A stretch of DNA of 62,788 nt, filler included, from Globobulimina sp. (taxonomy: Eukaryota): assembly GCA_003354225.1 (NCBI GenBank). It is 9 parts of 9 records of this genome, joined end to end, with 100 filler letters (N's around TTAATTAATTAA, not from the genome) between each part and the next. Parts side by side here need not be neighbours in the genome. Positions count along the whole stretch, not along the records: positions 7,003 to 13,904 come from PIVH01000220.1; positions 14,005 to 20,906 come from PIVH01000221.1; positions 21,007 to 27,903 come from PIVH01000222.1; 6 more parts are not named here. One strand, 5' to 3'. The position numbers and the translations under genes are program-made. The notes under the pieces were generated by a model. That model was not told where the DNA came from. It did not search any database and was given only the letters and a program-made list of their open reading frames with translations. Position 1 is the stretch's first letter; every line of letters starts with the position of its first letter. Positions 10,334 through 21,992 of this stretch are shown one piece after another.

Positions 10334-13300
10334 ATGGGCAATTGCAATCTGTGCAGCAACGTGAGACCAAGATACAAAATCTATGTAATTGGCGTATTTG
10401 ATGGAAACATAGATGACTTATGTTCTTTTTCCAAATTGTACCCAAACCAGTTGCCGCGGATTGGTAGATATTTACTGAAACAATTAAATATTCGCATTCA
10501 ACAAAACAAATCCAACATCATCCACAATGACATTAACTTAGCAATGCACGCATGGAACGATTTAATTTTTTCATGCAATTCAGATATTGAAAAGTTTGAA
10601 AGTCACATACTTCAATCCATGATCTTATTATTTGCGCAGCAGTCCCTACAGCTTCACCTATTGGCGATGCAAACAGTTAAGATTTCGTTTTATTGTTCGG
10701 AAAATGTGTTGCATGCTTTTCTTTTATTACAGCTACGAGTTTATTTACCATACAGTCACAAAATGTCAATGGATGAGTTATTGCGATTTGTCGATTCTTG
10801 CACATTATTAGCGGACTCGCAGCAAATACCGGTTCGCATTGATGCATTGAAAACATTATCAATTATTTTTACACATTTGCGGAGCTCGCCTTTTTGTCCT
10901 GATTTATATACAAAATACGACCGTATTATTCGCGCAATACTGTCAAATATGGCTACCAATTGCAACAATAATGAAAATGGCAAAATTGAAAATGAAAAAC
11001 AATGCGATATTTATGGTGAACATTGTTATGAACAATTTTGCAGTTTGATATCAACGAATACATTATCGATTATGCTGTCTGCGATGTCGTCCATTTTGAC
11101 CGAAAATTATGGTTGGAGTCCAACCAAATTTGTAATCAAATTATTTGATATTTTAGCCTTGAAAGGCTCATCAATTGAGGCAATCTCAATTGTTCAAGAA
11201 ATATTACATATTTTATCAAATTTGCAGAATGGCGAAGATAACGCCAACGAAACTTTCGCTGAATACATTGTCAGATTAAATACAATGGATTCTATGATCA
11301 TTGCATTAAAAGAGTTTTCGTCGCGTGTTTTATCTAAAAATAGCGGCACAAAAATCAATAGAAATCCAATATTATCAAAACTATGTGGTTTATTACATAT
11401 TATTGATGAGGCCGCAGCAAAAAAGGATTCATTGGACATTTCAACCGAAAAAATATTAAAATTTGCTCGGAATTTATTAGATTGTATACAGTTTTATGTG
11501 GTTGATATTTCTTATATTGATTCACAATCCGTTTTATTGAGAGCAATGATTAAATATTTAATAAACAGTAAATCTATGATCCATACTCAGTTACAGTTGG
11601 AATGCATGCTAAGGACATTGGCGCATAGAACTGGCACAATTACACTCTCGCAACATACACAAGGCGATATCATGAAAAAGTTATTAAACTTTCATTTAAA
11701 ACAACAGTGCGTAGAGAATAATGATTTAAATATTGAATTGTTGCAATTATCAATACAAAATCTAATATTATTATCATCGAATGACGACTATTTACATGAA
11801 ATGGGATTTAATCAAACTGAATGGGCAATAAATAGAGTTGAAACATTTTTAGAGTCGCAAATAAAATATAAAATAAATTTATCACCAACATATTATTTAT
11901 CACCAACACAATCGACAACACCTTTATCATCAACATCTGCTGCATCTTCTTCGTCGCCAACACACAGTCACAGTACGACGCGATATCTTAATTTAGATGT
12001 TACTGGCCATGGTATTGGTGGTTTTACTGTGTACAAATTGCCATATTATCAAAGAGAATGGTTATATGCCACAATTTATTCATATTTACAAAATGCAACA
12101 AAACAATTCACGCAGTATACATTATTACATATAACATACACAATCATTATCATTGCCATATCGCCGCATAATTTTAAATCAAATGATAAAAACAAAACAA
12201 TTACCGATGAAATAATTGATTTTGAGTTATTGTTACCATTTTTGCTCTCAATACAAAAATTAGCAGATTCATATTCTACAGAAAATGCAATAAAAGATTC
12301 CGTTATTTGTCATTCAATTATATTAAGCGTATTATTATATATTCGGAATTTTTTACATTGTTCATATGCAAAGAAATCAAATTATAGGTTGTTGTTTCAT
12401 AAATTTTGTCAAATTGTGGAGAATGTATATTTAAAATGTAAACAAAATAATGATATATGGTCGGAATTTCGTATTAATCAAAGCGGCCTTGTAACAGTTA
12501 GCAAACATGCTGTTTATGATAATAACAATGATAAACAGATACAAATATTTACAAATATAATGCCGTTTGATGATATTATTGAATCTTTAACATTGTATTT
12601 TGATTTGATCGCAGCGCGAAGGTTATCCATTTCGACCAGAACAGAGTTATGGAATCAGTGTGATATTAAAAAAGCATTTCCAGTCACACTCATTTTGAAT
12701 AATTTATGTCAAGAAGATGTTGAAGCGGGTTTAGAAGGATCGCTATCATTATCTGCTATTTCGCAGTCGATACTATTAACTCCATCTCGTATGCAACATA
12801 GATATGTACATTCTGCTGCAAGTTTTGACGATCATTTTAAATTCGAAGATGCGAATCAAATCAAACAATCCATGACATCATTGGATACATTGCAGGCTTT
12901 TCAAGAGATAACACAGACATACTCAGAGAATCTGGACCAAATTAATAGAATTCAGTTATCGGTCACTGGCATCTGTACAGGTTTCAATAATAACGCTAAT
13001 AATTATACTATGAATGTGGAGAGCAGCGATAATAGTTTCAATATACAGACACAAACAAAAAGTTTTAACTTTGAAATGCCGGCCACCACCAAATCCCAGC
13101 ACACTGATAATGATTTGTTTGGCTCTAAACAATCAGTGATTGAATCTATAGAAGGTCAGCATGCTGCAGATCTTAGTCATTTTTACATTGAATATGAAAA
13201 TCAAGCAAATCCAACAAAGATACTACATAATGGATTGTGTAATAGGTTGGATTTAATTGATTTAGATTTAGGAGGGAATGAATGTGCAGAACATGAATTA

Positions 13301-13900
13301 AATGAATTGAATTATGAACAATATATAAACCAGCACCAGAATCATATAATTTATATAAATAGCAATGAACATCAGAATGGCAATGATTACCATGAAATAA
13401 ATGAGTTTAAGGAATCGCCAATGCGGCAGTTAAAAGCAAAGGGCAAATCGGCAGTGATTCAGATTAGAAATAGAACAAGAAAACTAACACAAAATATGAG
13501 TGTGCGGAACACGCAAAATGCGATCCGTCAGAAAACAAAACAAGGATCAAAAGCAATTAAAGAAAAATTTCACAATGTCAAAACTAAAATGTTTGAACAG
13601 TTAAAAAAAGAAAAAGAAAGAGATATACATATACGCACAAATGCGAATGTACATAAAGCGTCTTTAGATACGGATAATGTGCAAATAGAACTGATGGATT
13701 TTGCGAAACCTCCAAATCTTAATATAGCAATACAATCAAATGCCAATATATATGCACATACAACAAAATACGGACAGACGGCGCATACGGATTATTATGA
13801 TAATTATGAATCTGGAGATGATGAAATAAGTTATACATTCTCCACTGAACATAGTTTATCACAAACACCACAAAGTAATGGGAGTGTTAATACAATTTAA
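10334..13900 (+). CDS. EFR3-like ARM/HEAT protein (PI4K-alpha plasma-membrane scaffold family)
   Basis: N-terminus MGNCNLCSNVRPRYK...LPRIGRYL matches the EFR3 Cys-rich + RPRYK signature. Possible in-frame 57-nt intron at 10676-10732. Confidence 0.75.
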   Translation: MGNCNLCSNVRPRYKIYVIGVFDGNIDDLCSFSKLYPNQLPRIGRYLLKQLNIRIQQNKSNIIHNDINLAMHAWNDLIFSCNSDIEKFESHILQSMILLFAQQSLQLHLLAMQTVKISFYCSENVLHAFLLLQLRVYLPYSHKMSMDELLRFVDSCTLLADSQQIPVRIDALKTLSIIFTHLRSSPFCPDLYTKYDRIIRAILSNMATNCNNNENGKIENEKQCDIYGEHCYEQFCSLISTNTLSIMLSAMSSILTENYGWSPTKFVIKLFDILALKGSSIEAISIVQEILHILSNLQNGEDNANETFAEYIVRLNTMDSMIIALKEFSSRVLSKNSGTKINRNPILSKLCGLLHIIDEAAAKKDSLDISTEKILKFARNLLDCIQFYVVDISYIDSQSVLLRAMIKYLINSKSMIHTQLQLECMLRTLAHRTGTITLSQHTQGDIMKKLLNFHLKQQCVENNDLNIELLQLSIQNLILLSSNDDYLHEMGFNQTEWAINRVETFLESQIKYKINLSPTYYLSPTQSTTPLSSTSAASSSSPTHSHSTTRYLNLDVTGHGIGGFTVYKLPYYQREWLYATIYSYLQNATKQFTQYTLLHITYTIIIIAISPHNFKSNDKNKTITDEIIDFELLLPFLLSIQKLADSYSTENAIKDSVICHSIILSVLLYIRNFLHCSYAKKSNYRLLFHKFCQIVENVYLKCKQNNDIWSEFRINQSGLVTVSKHAVYDNNNDKQIQIFTNIMPFDDIIESLTLYFDLIAARRLSISTRTELWNQCDIKKAFPVTLILNNLCQEDVEAGLEGSLSLSAISQSILLTPSRMQHRYVHSAASFDDHFKFEDANQIKQSMTSLDTLQAFQEITQTYSENLDQINRIQLSVTGICTGFNNNANNYTMNVESSDNSFNIQTQTKSFNFEMPATTKSQHTDNDLFGSKQSVIESIEGQHAADLSHFYIEYENQANPTKILHNGLCNRLDLIDLDLGGNECAEHELNELNYEQYINQHQNHIIYINSNEHQNGNDYHEINEFKESPMRQLKAKGKSAVIQIRNRTRKLTQNMSVRNTQNAIRQKTKQGSKAIKEKFHNVKTKMFEQLKKEKERDIHIRTNANVHKASLDTDNVQIELMDFAKPPNLNIAIQSNANIYAHTTKYGQTAHTDYYDNYESGDDEISYTFSTEHSLSQTPQSNGSVNTI

Positions 13901-14004
13901 GAATNNNNNNNNNNNNNNNNNNNNNNNNNNNNNNNNNNNNNNNNNNNNTTAATTAATTAANNNNNNNNNNNNNNNNNNNNNNNNNNNNNNNNNNNNNNNN
14001 NNNN

Positions 14005-15908
14005 TCTCCAATTTTTGTATTACATAATACATATTTTTCTAGTTTAACTTCTTTATTCTCATTTGTTTTATCAATAATACTAATATTAAACACATCTTTT
14101 AATTCAAATACATCCCTTACTTCATGCAACTGATTTTTATTGTTTCTCATCGTTCGTTTGATTTTCCAAATTTTCTTATTTGAAACATCGGATTCATGAA
14201 TACATAAACCAGTGATAATTAAATCCGATGGATCGCGAACTCGCCATTCTAGCTCATTGTTATTATAATTTGGATCAATTTTTGTTTCATAACTGGACCA
14301 TCCAATGGTTTCTTTGTTAACTCTGATTGCTTCAGCTTTGATGAATACTTTTAATGCTAAATGTGCAAATTTTGTGTTATATTTATTGTATTTTGATAAC
14401 TTAAATGCTTTGCAATATGCAGCATAACTACAATAATTAATAGATGGCGACGCAAATACATTATTTGTAAAGTCATCATCATCCACCCCAGATATCTTAG
14501 ATGCGGTTATATGTCCGGGAGGTATCATACTTAATGTGGTTCCAGGCACAACCAAACCATCTCTCAATATTGAAGGTAACAATGACAAGGATGTAGAATG
14601 AAACCCGGCGCAGCCAGTCTTTACTACATTACTCAAATTATTCCTCCCTGTATTGATAGCATGCACTTTCCATCCCTTTGGCACATAATAAGCTCTTCCA
14701 CCTCGTTCAAATCGTTCCAAATCACGCTTTGGCGGATTTGTAAAATCTTTATAATATTTATCATTAAAACAGAATTTGTCGATATATTGATCATAAAAAT
14801 TTATTTGTTGACGAATATGCATATCATAGGCGCCAAAAACGTCCGTTTCGATAAAATGATTACCATTCATATCAGTTAATGGGTGACCTTTATGTAACAT
14901 ATTTAATTGATTCTTATTTCCAGTGCACCAAACATCTAATAATCTCAAATGAAAATATATTTTAAATAAATATTGATTTTCATTGTTGCAGTTCTTTGTA
15001 TATTTATAATTTTTATCTAATTTCCATCGTACTTTAATTGGTATCTTCTTTGTCTTAGCAATATAATCATTATCGCATAATATCTCAAATCTAATGTCAT
15101 TCAAATATGCATCACGCACTGTGTATGCTTTTACTTTGAAGCTATGAACTCGCGCAGAATAAGGAATAATTACAGTTAACCGGTCGGTTACATTAACGAC
15201 TAAATCGGATAAAGCACCAAACATTTTATACACTCCATTCCATGAACTTGCTGCAATATCTTTAATCACTGCGTATTTATCATCATTATGACGTTTCTCG
15301 TATATTTGCATCGGATATAATGTTTTAAATGATTTTTTTACGGCTTTTACAGGCAATGATAGTCCATCAGCGAAACTGTGAATATCTGTTGACTTTAATT
15401 GTGTGGTTGTCTTTCTTTTAATGCATTTGGAATGGTTTGTTATTGTAACTTGAATATGGAATGGTTGCTCGATTGCATTTGATTGGCGCAATGTATTTAA
15501 GACACCCTTAATAAATAATGGTTCATCATCATCTTTATCAATGTGCAATGCACCAAGTTTATATTGGATGTTTTTATCGGAATCGATATTACTAAAATTA
15601 TTTCTAACCATATCATCGATGATATCGTAGGTTACCCAAAACGCGATGGGTTGCTGCCATTTTTCTTCTTTGTCATTGCCATAAAAATGAAATATAAATT
15701 CTAATGTTTGATTTTCTAAACAATATGCCGTTTTTAACTGTTTTGTGTTTAAATCTAAACCACGAAGATGTTTCTTATCACAGTCACTTGAAATAGCTGC
15801 AACAAATTTAATTGGATTATATTTCTTTATAATGTCACTCACTCGAGATACTATATATAAATATAAATATCTATGTGTACGCACGCACACAACATCACAC
15901 AACATCAC
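14005..15908 (-). CDS. Protein with NEURL4-type ADP-ribosyltransferase-like domain (3' end truncated by contig end)
   Basis: RGGRAYYVPKGW...GFHST...SILRDGL...FASPSINY...IDPNYNNNELEW...GLCI follows the NEURL4 C-terminal ART pattern. The track start is probably intronic. Confidence 0.7.
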
Positions 15909-15953
15909 ACAACAACAATTTCACATAAGATCTTATGTTTTGTTGTTGTGTGA
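15905..15953. repeat. Inverted repeat/hairpin
   Basis: TCACACAACAACAA (15905-15918) is the exact reverse complement of 15940-15953, and ACATAAGATCTTATGT (15923-15938) is a perfect palindrome. Confidence 0.85.
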
Positions 15954-15977
15954 CATTCAGATGGAAACAAAGTCACT

Positions 15978-16903
15978 TAACACGCTGTATAAACTACTTT
16001 AGTTTCCTTTGCTTTTAATCTTTCAAATTCGGCAAACTCTTCATCAGTTTTCTCATCAACTTCTGATTCGTCTTCGTCTATGTTTACGTATATACCGCGT
16101 ACAAAATAACATTGTAAAATATTAAATATACAAAATACCTGTTTCTATTTCACGGGTTTCGTATTTTTGATCATCATCAAATTGATCATCACTATGTGCG
16201 ACTAATAAATCCATTATTTGTGGATATTTGCGGGCATATTGCATTATTGATTTATTATTGTTATCTTTGATATTCACCAAATCATTCTTCTTATAAAATG
16301 GCAACAATAATGCAACCGATTCAGGCTTATTATGGAGCACAGCATAATGTAAAGGTGTTTTTTTCGAATTATCAACCACAGAAAATGCATGATTTGGAAT
16401 ACATTTACTTTGATAAATAAAATATTTCAATAATACTTTGGATGTCTCATTGTCGACAGCTTGAGATTGAAAGCACAAATCATGAATGATATTGCATTTA
16501 AACGTATTCGTTAAACTGAAATTTGGAGCATATTTCTGCTCAAATTTACGAAGAAAATTTAATTTTTGTTGTGGTTTTATTTTATTATTTTTCCAAACAA
16601 CACTTAGCCAAATTCTTTGTTTAGATCTGCCGTATGGTGATCGTAATTGATTAATGGTTGATTTTCCACCTAAATTGTCGAGTGTTGGTGAAATAGCATC
16701 AAAATCGCAATTTTGAATATCTGCAAATAGTTTCTTTGCTAACTGATCATCCAATGGGAGTTCATCTAATTTATTATAAAAACAAAATTAAACATCATAT
16801 GCAAATTAGAAAACATAGAGAACCCACCAAACACTTGTGATGTGTGAAAAGCACCATATATTCCAGACGAGAAGGAAGGACGATACTGTTTCTTGGAATC
16901 CAT
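15978..16903 (-). CDS. Ankyrin-repeat protein, spliced (may continue into the ART exon)
   Basis: ATG at 16903. Phase-1 introns 16766-16827 and 16078-16138 keep the frame. Ankyrin motif TPLHYAVLHNKPESVALLL; acidic third exon DEDESEVDEK. Confidence 0.7.
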
Positions 16904-17121
16904 TATCAACGAAGTTTTATTCAATGGGAATTTTAGTTTTTTAATTGACTAAGCTTGATTTAAAAAGTTACTCTCACAAATATACTTTAGAATAGGACGT
17001 GTTTAGAATATTGCCTTTTGGAAATTTTTGATCTTGAATAAAATTCTATATTTATTCACTCATTCAATACTATTCTAAACTCGTCTAAAGTAACATTTTT
17101 TTCCACCCCTTAACCTCAATA

Positions 17122-17808
17122 ATGTCTTTCGTTGCGCTCACTGCTTTTTATTTATTATCATCAGTTTGCTGCCATGGTGCAAACCCACCACCAGTTGCGT
17201 TAAATATTTACAGTGAAGCTTGTTGTAGTGATTGCTGGAATTTTATGATGGGGACATTTAAAGACGCATTTTATTATAAAGATTGGACCAATATGACAAA
17301 TATTACATTTGTTCCAACCGGTAAATCGAATGAAACGTATAATTCTGATACAAAACAGTATGAATTTTCGTGTCAACATGGTTCGTCAGAATGCGATGGC
17401 AATTTGTATTTGGCGTGCGGCGTAGCAAAATTATATGGGAATGATCCACTGAAATATTCACCATTTGTTATTGATTTTTTGTCGGAAGTGGTGAAAGAAC
17501 AAAACGGTGAACATGACTGTCCCAATCGTAACATGGATATTGTCGCAAAAACAGTATGTGATGGTTTAGCAAATAATTGTGATTGGGATATATTGAGTCA
17601 ATGTCATGATAGTTCGGACGGAAATAATATTTATCATCAATTTGTATCTCAAACTCATGAGCAAGCGCCTGATTTAAATTGGGTTCCATGGATTATATTA
17701 AATGGTCAACATAATCAAAACGAGCAAGACGAATGTCAGAGCAATGTATTACAATGTACCTGTGATGTATATAAATCTGAAGGAGGACAAAGTGCTGCCT
17801 GTGCTTAA
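17122..17808 (+). CDS. GILT-family lysosomal thiol reductase
   Basis: Signal peptide, active site YSEACCSDC (CxxC), signature CQHGSSECDGN, and WVPWIILNG. Confidence 0.92.
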   Translation: MSFVALTAFYLLSSVCCHGANPPPVALNIYSEACCSDCWNFMMGTFKDAFYYKDWTNMTNITFVPTGKSNETYNSDTKQYEFSCQHGSSECDGNLYLACGVAKLYGNDPLKYSPFVIDFLSEVVKEQNGEHDCPNRNMDIVAKTVCDGLANNCDWDILSQCHDSSDGNNIYHQFVSQTHEQAPDLNWVPWIILNGQHNQNEQDECQSNVLQCTCDVYKSEGGQSAACA

Positions 17809-17889
17809 TTTATCAATTTAATTTTAATTGCATGTACAAGTTGCTCTAGTTACTTAGGTAGGAAAACTAATTTAATGCGTTACCACAGA

Positions 17890-18995
17890 ATGGACGAACA
17901 TGATACAAGTACTGCGGATATTGGATTCGTATCAAACAACAAATGGAAATGGATGGATACATTATCATTGTATTTACCAATGGTTTCGTTCAAAACACCT
18001 CCACATAAAGAACGATCGTATTCAATTCTTCAATTGTAACAGCGGTCATTGCAATCGCAATATTTATTTATTGGTCAATTCTTTCCTTTCTTTCACCTGA
18101 TACAGACACTATGTATGATATTTTATTTTTATTCGCGTTTTTGTTTAAAACTTTATGACGGTTAATATTATTATATTATTACTATAAAAAATTTTCGTTT
18201 CCATGGTATCAATTAAATTTAAATGTAAATGCTTCGACTTCGAGTATTAGCAAAACACGCAAAAGGACGATATTTTTAACCATTTGTATGGCTCTTTTAT
18301 TCTGCGGACAAATGGTTCGCAAATGTGTCGAATTAGCACATGGGAAAGAAAGCTATTTTGAAGCATTCTTGTTTTTGGTTGAAATGTATATATTGGAAAT
18401 ACCGAATATTTTCGGACAGTTTGTATTCAGCATAATAGTGTTAAATGTACAGATAAATATGGAAGACTTAATCGAACGTATTTCTCTCTATGATGCAACA
18501 AATGATTATGACGATGGAGCGGATATCGATGTATTTAAAGATACGTTACATAAATACAAAAAATCATTTGCTAAATTAAATGATGAATATTATCCAATTT
18601 GGTTTTGGATCAGTTTATTGAAATTATTTTCAATTATTTTATGGTTTTGGATCGCTATCACAAATTATAAGCATACAATGTATGAGTCACCACTTGCTGG
18701 AATATTATGGAGTTTATGGAATTTACTTTTTTTAATTGAATTTATCTGTTCTTCAAATGATATATCAAAAATTTATCATAGGTTCCAAGATATTATCTGG
18801 CAAATTGAAGATAAACAAGCAATATTTCGAAACAACGATGAGAAATTCAGCTATTTGTTGTTGAGAGGCTATGTATTTAAAAATAAAGCAACAATTCAAT
18901 TAGTGAAAGGTGGCGAAGTATCAATTAAGAATGCAATTATTTTTGTGGCTGTCTTTATATTTGCAAAACTCGCCACATATCGAGTTTTAGAATGA
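17890..18995 (+). pseudogene. Disrupted multi-pass (about 7TM) membrane protein gene
   Basis: The frame from ATG 17890 stops at 18037. A 1-nt shift near 18030 continues into hydrophobic helices with an in-frame TGA (18156-18158), then into the 18288-18995 ORF. Confidence 0.55.
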
Positions 18996-19051
18996 CTTTC
19001 TTTTCGTGTAAATATATTTATAGCTAAGACAAGTTGAAGTTGTACAAAGTT

Positions 19052-19480
19052 TTAACCAGAAGGTGCATAACATCGAGCAAGTTTTAGCGAGATATCATCT
19101 TTATTTTCAATATTTAATTGTTTCACATTAGGTGCTAACAATAAACAATCGCCCTGTTTAATATCCAAACCATTGATACTTCCCTTTCCCTCATAAACTA
19201 AAATAATCGCTGCCCACTTTGACGCACAACCAGCAATTTTATGTATTTCTAAACATTCTTTATTTTTGCCGTCAATCACCGTTCTATCCAATCTAAATTC
19301 ATTTATATCCGCACCTGCTTTATATTGATACGTATATTCCGCAATCTTATCACCTGTCATAATCACCGGGCTCTGTGCTTTGTAATTTAACATTGCACAC
19401 AAAACCGGCGTATCTCTTAATTTCGGGGTTAATCCGGCACGAACCACATTATCTGAACACGCCATAAGCACAGAATCCAT
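19052..19480 (-). pseudogene. C-terminal fragment of type I mannose-6-phosphate isomerase
   Basis: MACSDNVVRAGLTPK signature and C-terminal cupin region. I could not find the preceding HAY motif or N-terminal exons before the next gene ends at 20084. Confidence 0.65.
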
Positions 19481-20083
19481 TAACACAAATATTTTAAGAA
19501 ATGAATTGAACACAATAATAAAATATAAAAATGATATTGTTACAGTAATAATATTTATATCATTAATAAACAGGTTCTAAATACGTAATGTTAACGGAAT
19601 TGCTCTGATTAAAAATGATATTATTAAGTAATTGATTTTGTATCTAATCTTATTATTCCATAAAAATTAATAATAGTTTTCAATCCAATGATCTCTGATG
19701 TATACAATATATTGTCAGATGAAACAAAACAGAGAGTCAGAGACCAGGCCAGCATTGACTTCAGGAAATATTTTGCATAATAAAAGTGTTTGAAACTGCT
19801 TCATATCTTTCCTTTTAGATCCTATCTGATTGATACAATATACACACCACACAATACAACAGCGCAAAAGGCAAGCAAAATGACGAAAGAGTTAGTGTGG
19901 TCAACCCTACCTACAATTGATATGTCACAGAAAATAAACTGCGTTAGAGTCAGAATTTGAAAATGCTGCATGGTTTTTGAAATACGACCAAAAACACGTT
20001 ACAAGTTGAACAATTTGCAAAAACCAACAAAAAACGAAAACTAACAATTTAATTTCTAAATATTTCTAGATATTTGTTTCTAG

Positions 20084-20906
20084 CTAAATCTCCATATTAA
20101 TTTGGTCATCATCAGCCTGATTGGGATGAGGTGGTTGGAATCGTGAAGGACAAATCTTTGGCGCAATTAAAGTCCATCCATACAACAATACGGTGATTAA
20201 AACGCAAACCAAATTAACAGTCACCGAAGTCCATCCGCGTGCTTTTGAGTTTTTTGTAGCAAAATCGTCGCCCCATCCCGTGTACAGCATACACATATAA
20301 ATGGAGGCAAACGCCATGCAAATATGAAAGGTTACATTGGATTTTTTTTCCGAGGGATCCACATCAATCTGATTACTACGACTATGAGTACGGTCATCAT
20401 CATCTTCCTCTTCTTCCTCTTCCGCATCATCTGTATCTGCATCAGCAGACATTTTTGTTTCTGCGGCGGCTGCGGCGGCTGCTGAACCATCAGACATTTT
20501 TGTTTGATTCCGCGAGACAGAAAAGCCGGTGTAAGATATGGCAGCGGCCGTAATAATAAAACCTAACCACATTGTAACTGAGGATTGTTTGCCGGCAAAC
20601 CAATTACAGTCATCATTGGGACTCGATTCCAGCGCAGAATATGTTAAATATGAGATATAAAAGGAAACGAAGGAGGTAGTAAATATAGAGCCAGTCTGCA
20701 ATACCGGCGGCAAAATGCTTAACAACAAACACAAAATGATCAATATGGCCAACATGGCCTGCTCGAAGGAACACTGCTTGCTTCCACCCACTGTGTCATA
20801 CACAAACCATTGGAACTGGAACACCCAAAATGTGATAGTTATGCCATACATAAAGAGGGTGCCGCCGACCATCAATGTCTTGAATAAGCAAACAAGGCTT
20901 TTATTG
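20084..20906 (-). CDS. Serine incorporator (Serinc/TMS1) family, 5' truncated by contig end
   Basis: YISYLTYSALES.P...C, FHICMAFASIYMCMLYTGW and LLYGWTLIAPKICPSRF. Confidence 0.92.
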
Positions 20907-21082
20907 NNNNNNNNNNNNNNNNNNNNNNNNNNNNNNNNNNNNNNNNNNNNTTAATTAATTAANNNNNNNNNNNNNNNNNNNNNNNNNNNNNNNNNNNNNN
21001 NNNNNNGGCCGCAATGATTAATTACAACGACAAAGCAATAAAATAGGCCATACATCGCAAGGCCTATTTTTTTTAAATTCAT

Positions 21083-21541
21083 TTATAATATATTGGCTGC
21101 AGTGATTAATTCATTTAACATACAATTACCTTGTATTCTGGCGAGAGGCGAGTGTCGATGCTCAGTTACAGTTTGTACGGATGGAGCATACGATCTGTTA
21201 TATTGTGGTACACGTGCATGTAATGATGGCATTGGTTGTTGAGTATGAAATGATGGATTGTGATATGGTTTTGGCGGTTGATTAGAAACATTATATCCAT
21301 GTTGAAATGGATTTGGTGGATATTGATTATAATGATTATACCCAATTGGTGGATATTGTACATGTTCTGGCCTTGACGGATATTGTTCTGGCCTTTGCGG
21401 GTGATTGTAAGGATTGTACCCATTTGGTGGATATTGTACATGTTCTGGCCTTGGCTGATATTGTTCTGGCCTTGGCTGATATTGTTCTTGCCTTTGCTGT
21501 TGATTGTAAGGATAATACGCATTTAGTGGATATTGATTCAT
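21083..21541 (-). CDS. P/Q/Y/N-rich low-complexity repeat protein (probably first exon)
   Basis: Repeated QYQPRPE and EHVQYPPxGYNxYN units with matching DNA repeats. Likely donor GTAATT near 21128. Confidence 0.55.
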   Translation of the reverse strand: MNQYPLNAYYPYNQQQRQEQYQPRPEQYQPRPEHVQYPPNGYNPYNHPQRPEQYPSRPEHVQYPPIGYNHYNQYPPNPFQHGYNVSNQPPKPYHNPSFHTQQPMPSLHARVPQYNRSYAPSVQTVTEHRHSPLARIQGNCMLNELITAANIL

Positions 21542-21695
21542 GGTGACTACTTGTTTTTCTTCAAAACTTTAAGAATCAATATATGATCACTTTTTGTAAC
21601 CCATGTGTGTGTGTCTGTGAGGAACAAAGAAATAGCAAGGAGCTCCTACGCAAACAAGTTAAATTAAAACAAATTGGGGAATTCATGACTTAATT

Positions 21696-21992
21696 TTACA
21701 AATTTATTCCAATTAGATTATCATGAGTCACATGTCCAATAATTTGATATATTGTATCTTTGTTATAACCTTGAAATACAAATGAATCCACATGGACCAA
21801 AAATCTTCTTTCATCGCATGATGAAAAAGTATAACATTTGCTTTGCGGGTCACTATTTATATATCGGCCAATAATCGCAACTTTTTTGTTTACGAAATTC
21901 CCTGAATGTAATAATTCTCCATTTAAATGTACGAGACTACCATACATTGATATATGATTATCTTTTTTTTCTTCTTTTTTGGCTTCAGCCAT
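21696..21992 (-). CDS. RPA14/RPA3-like small OB-fold protein
   Basis: HLNGELL...FVNKKVAIIGR...YTFSSCD...YQIIGHV follows the RPA3 pattern. The C-terminal helix is absent or on another exon. Confidence 0.6.
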   Translation of the reverse strand: MAEAKKEEKKDNHISMYGSLVHLNGELLHSGNFVNKKVAIIGRYINSDPQSKCYTFSSCDERRFLVHVDSFVFQGYNKDTIYQIIGHVTHDNLIGINL

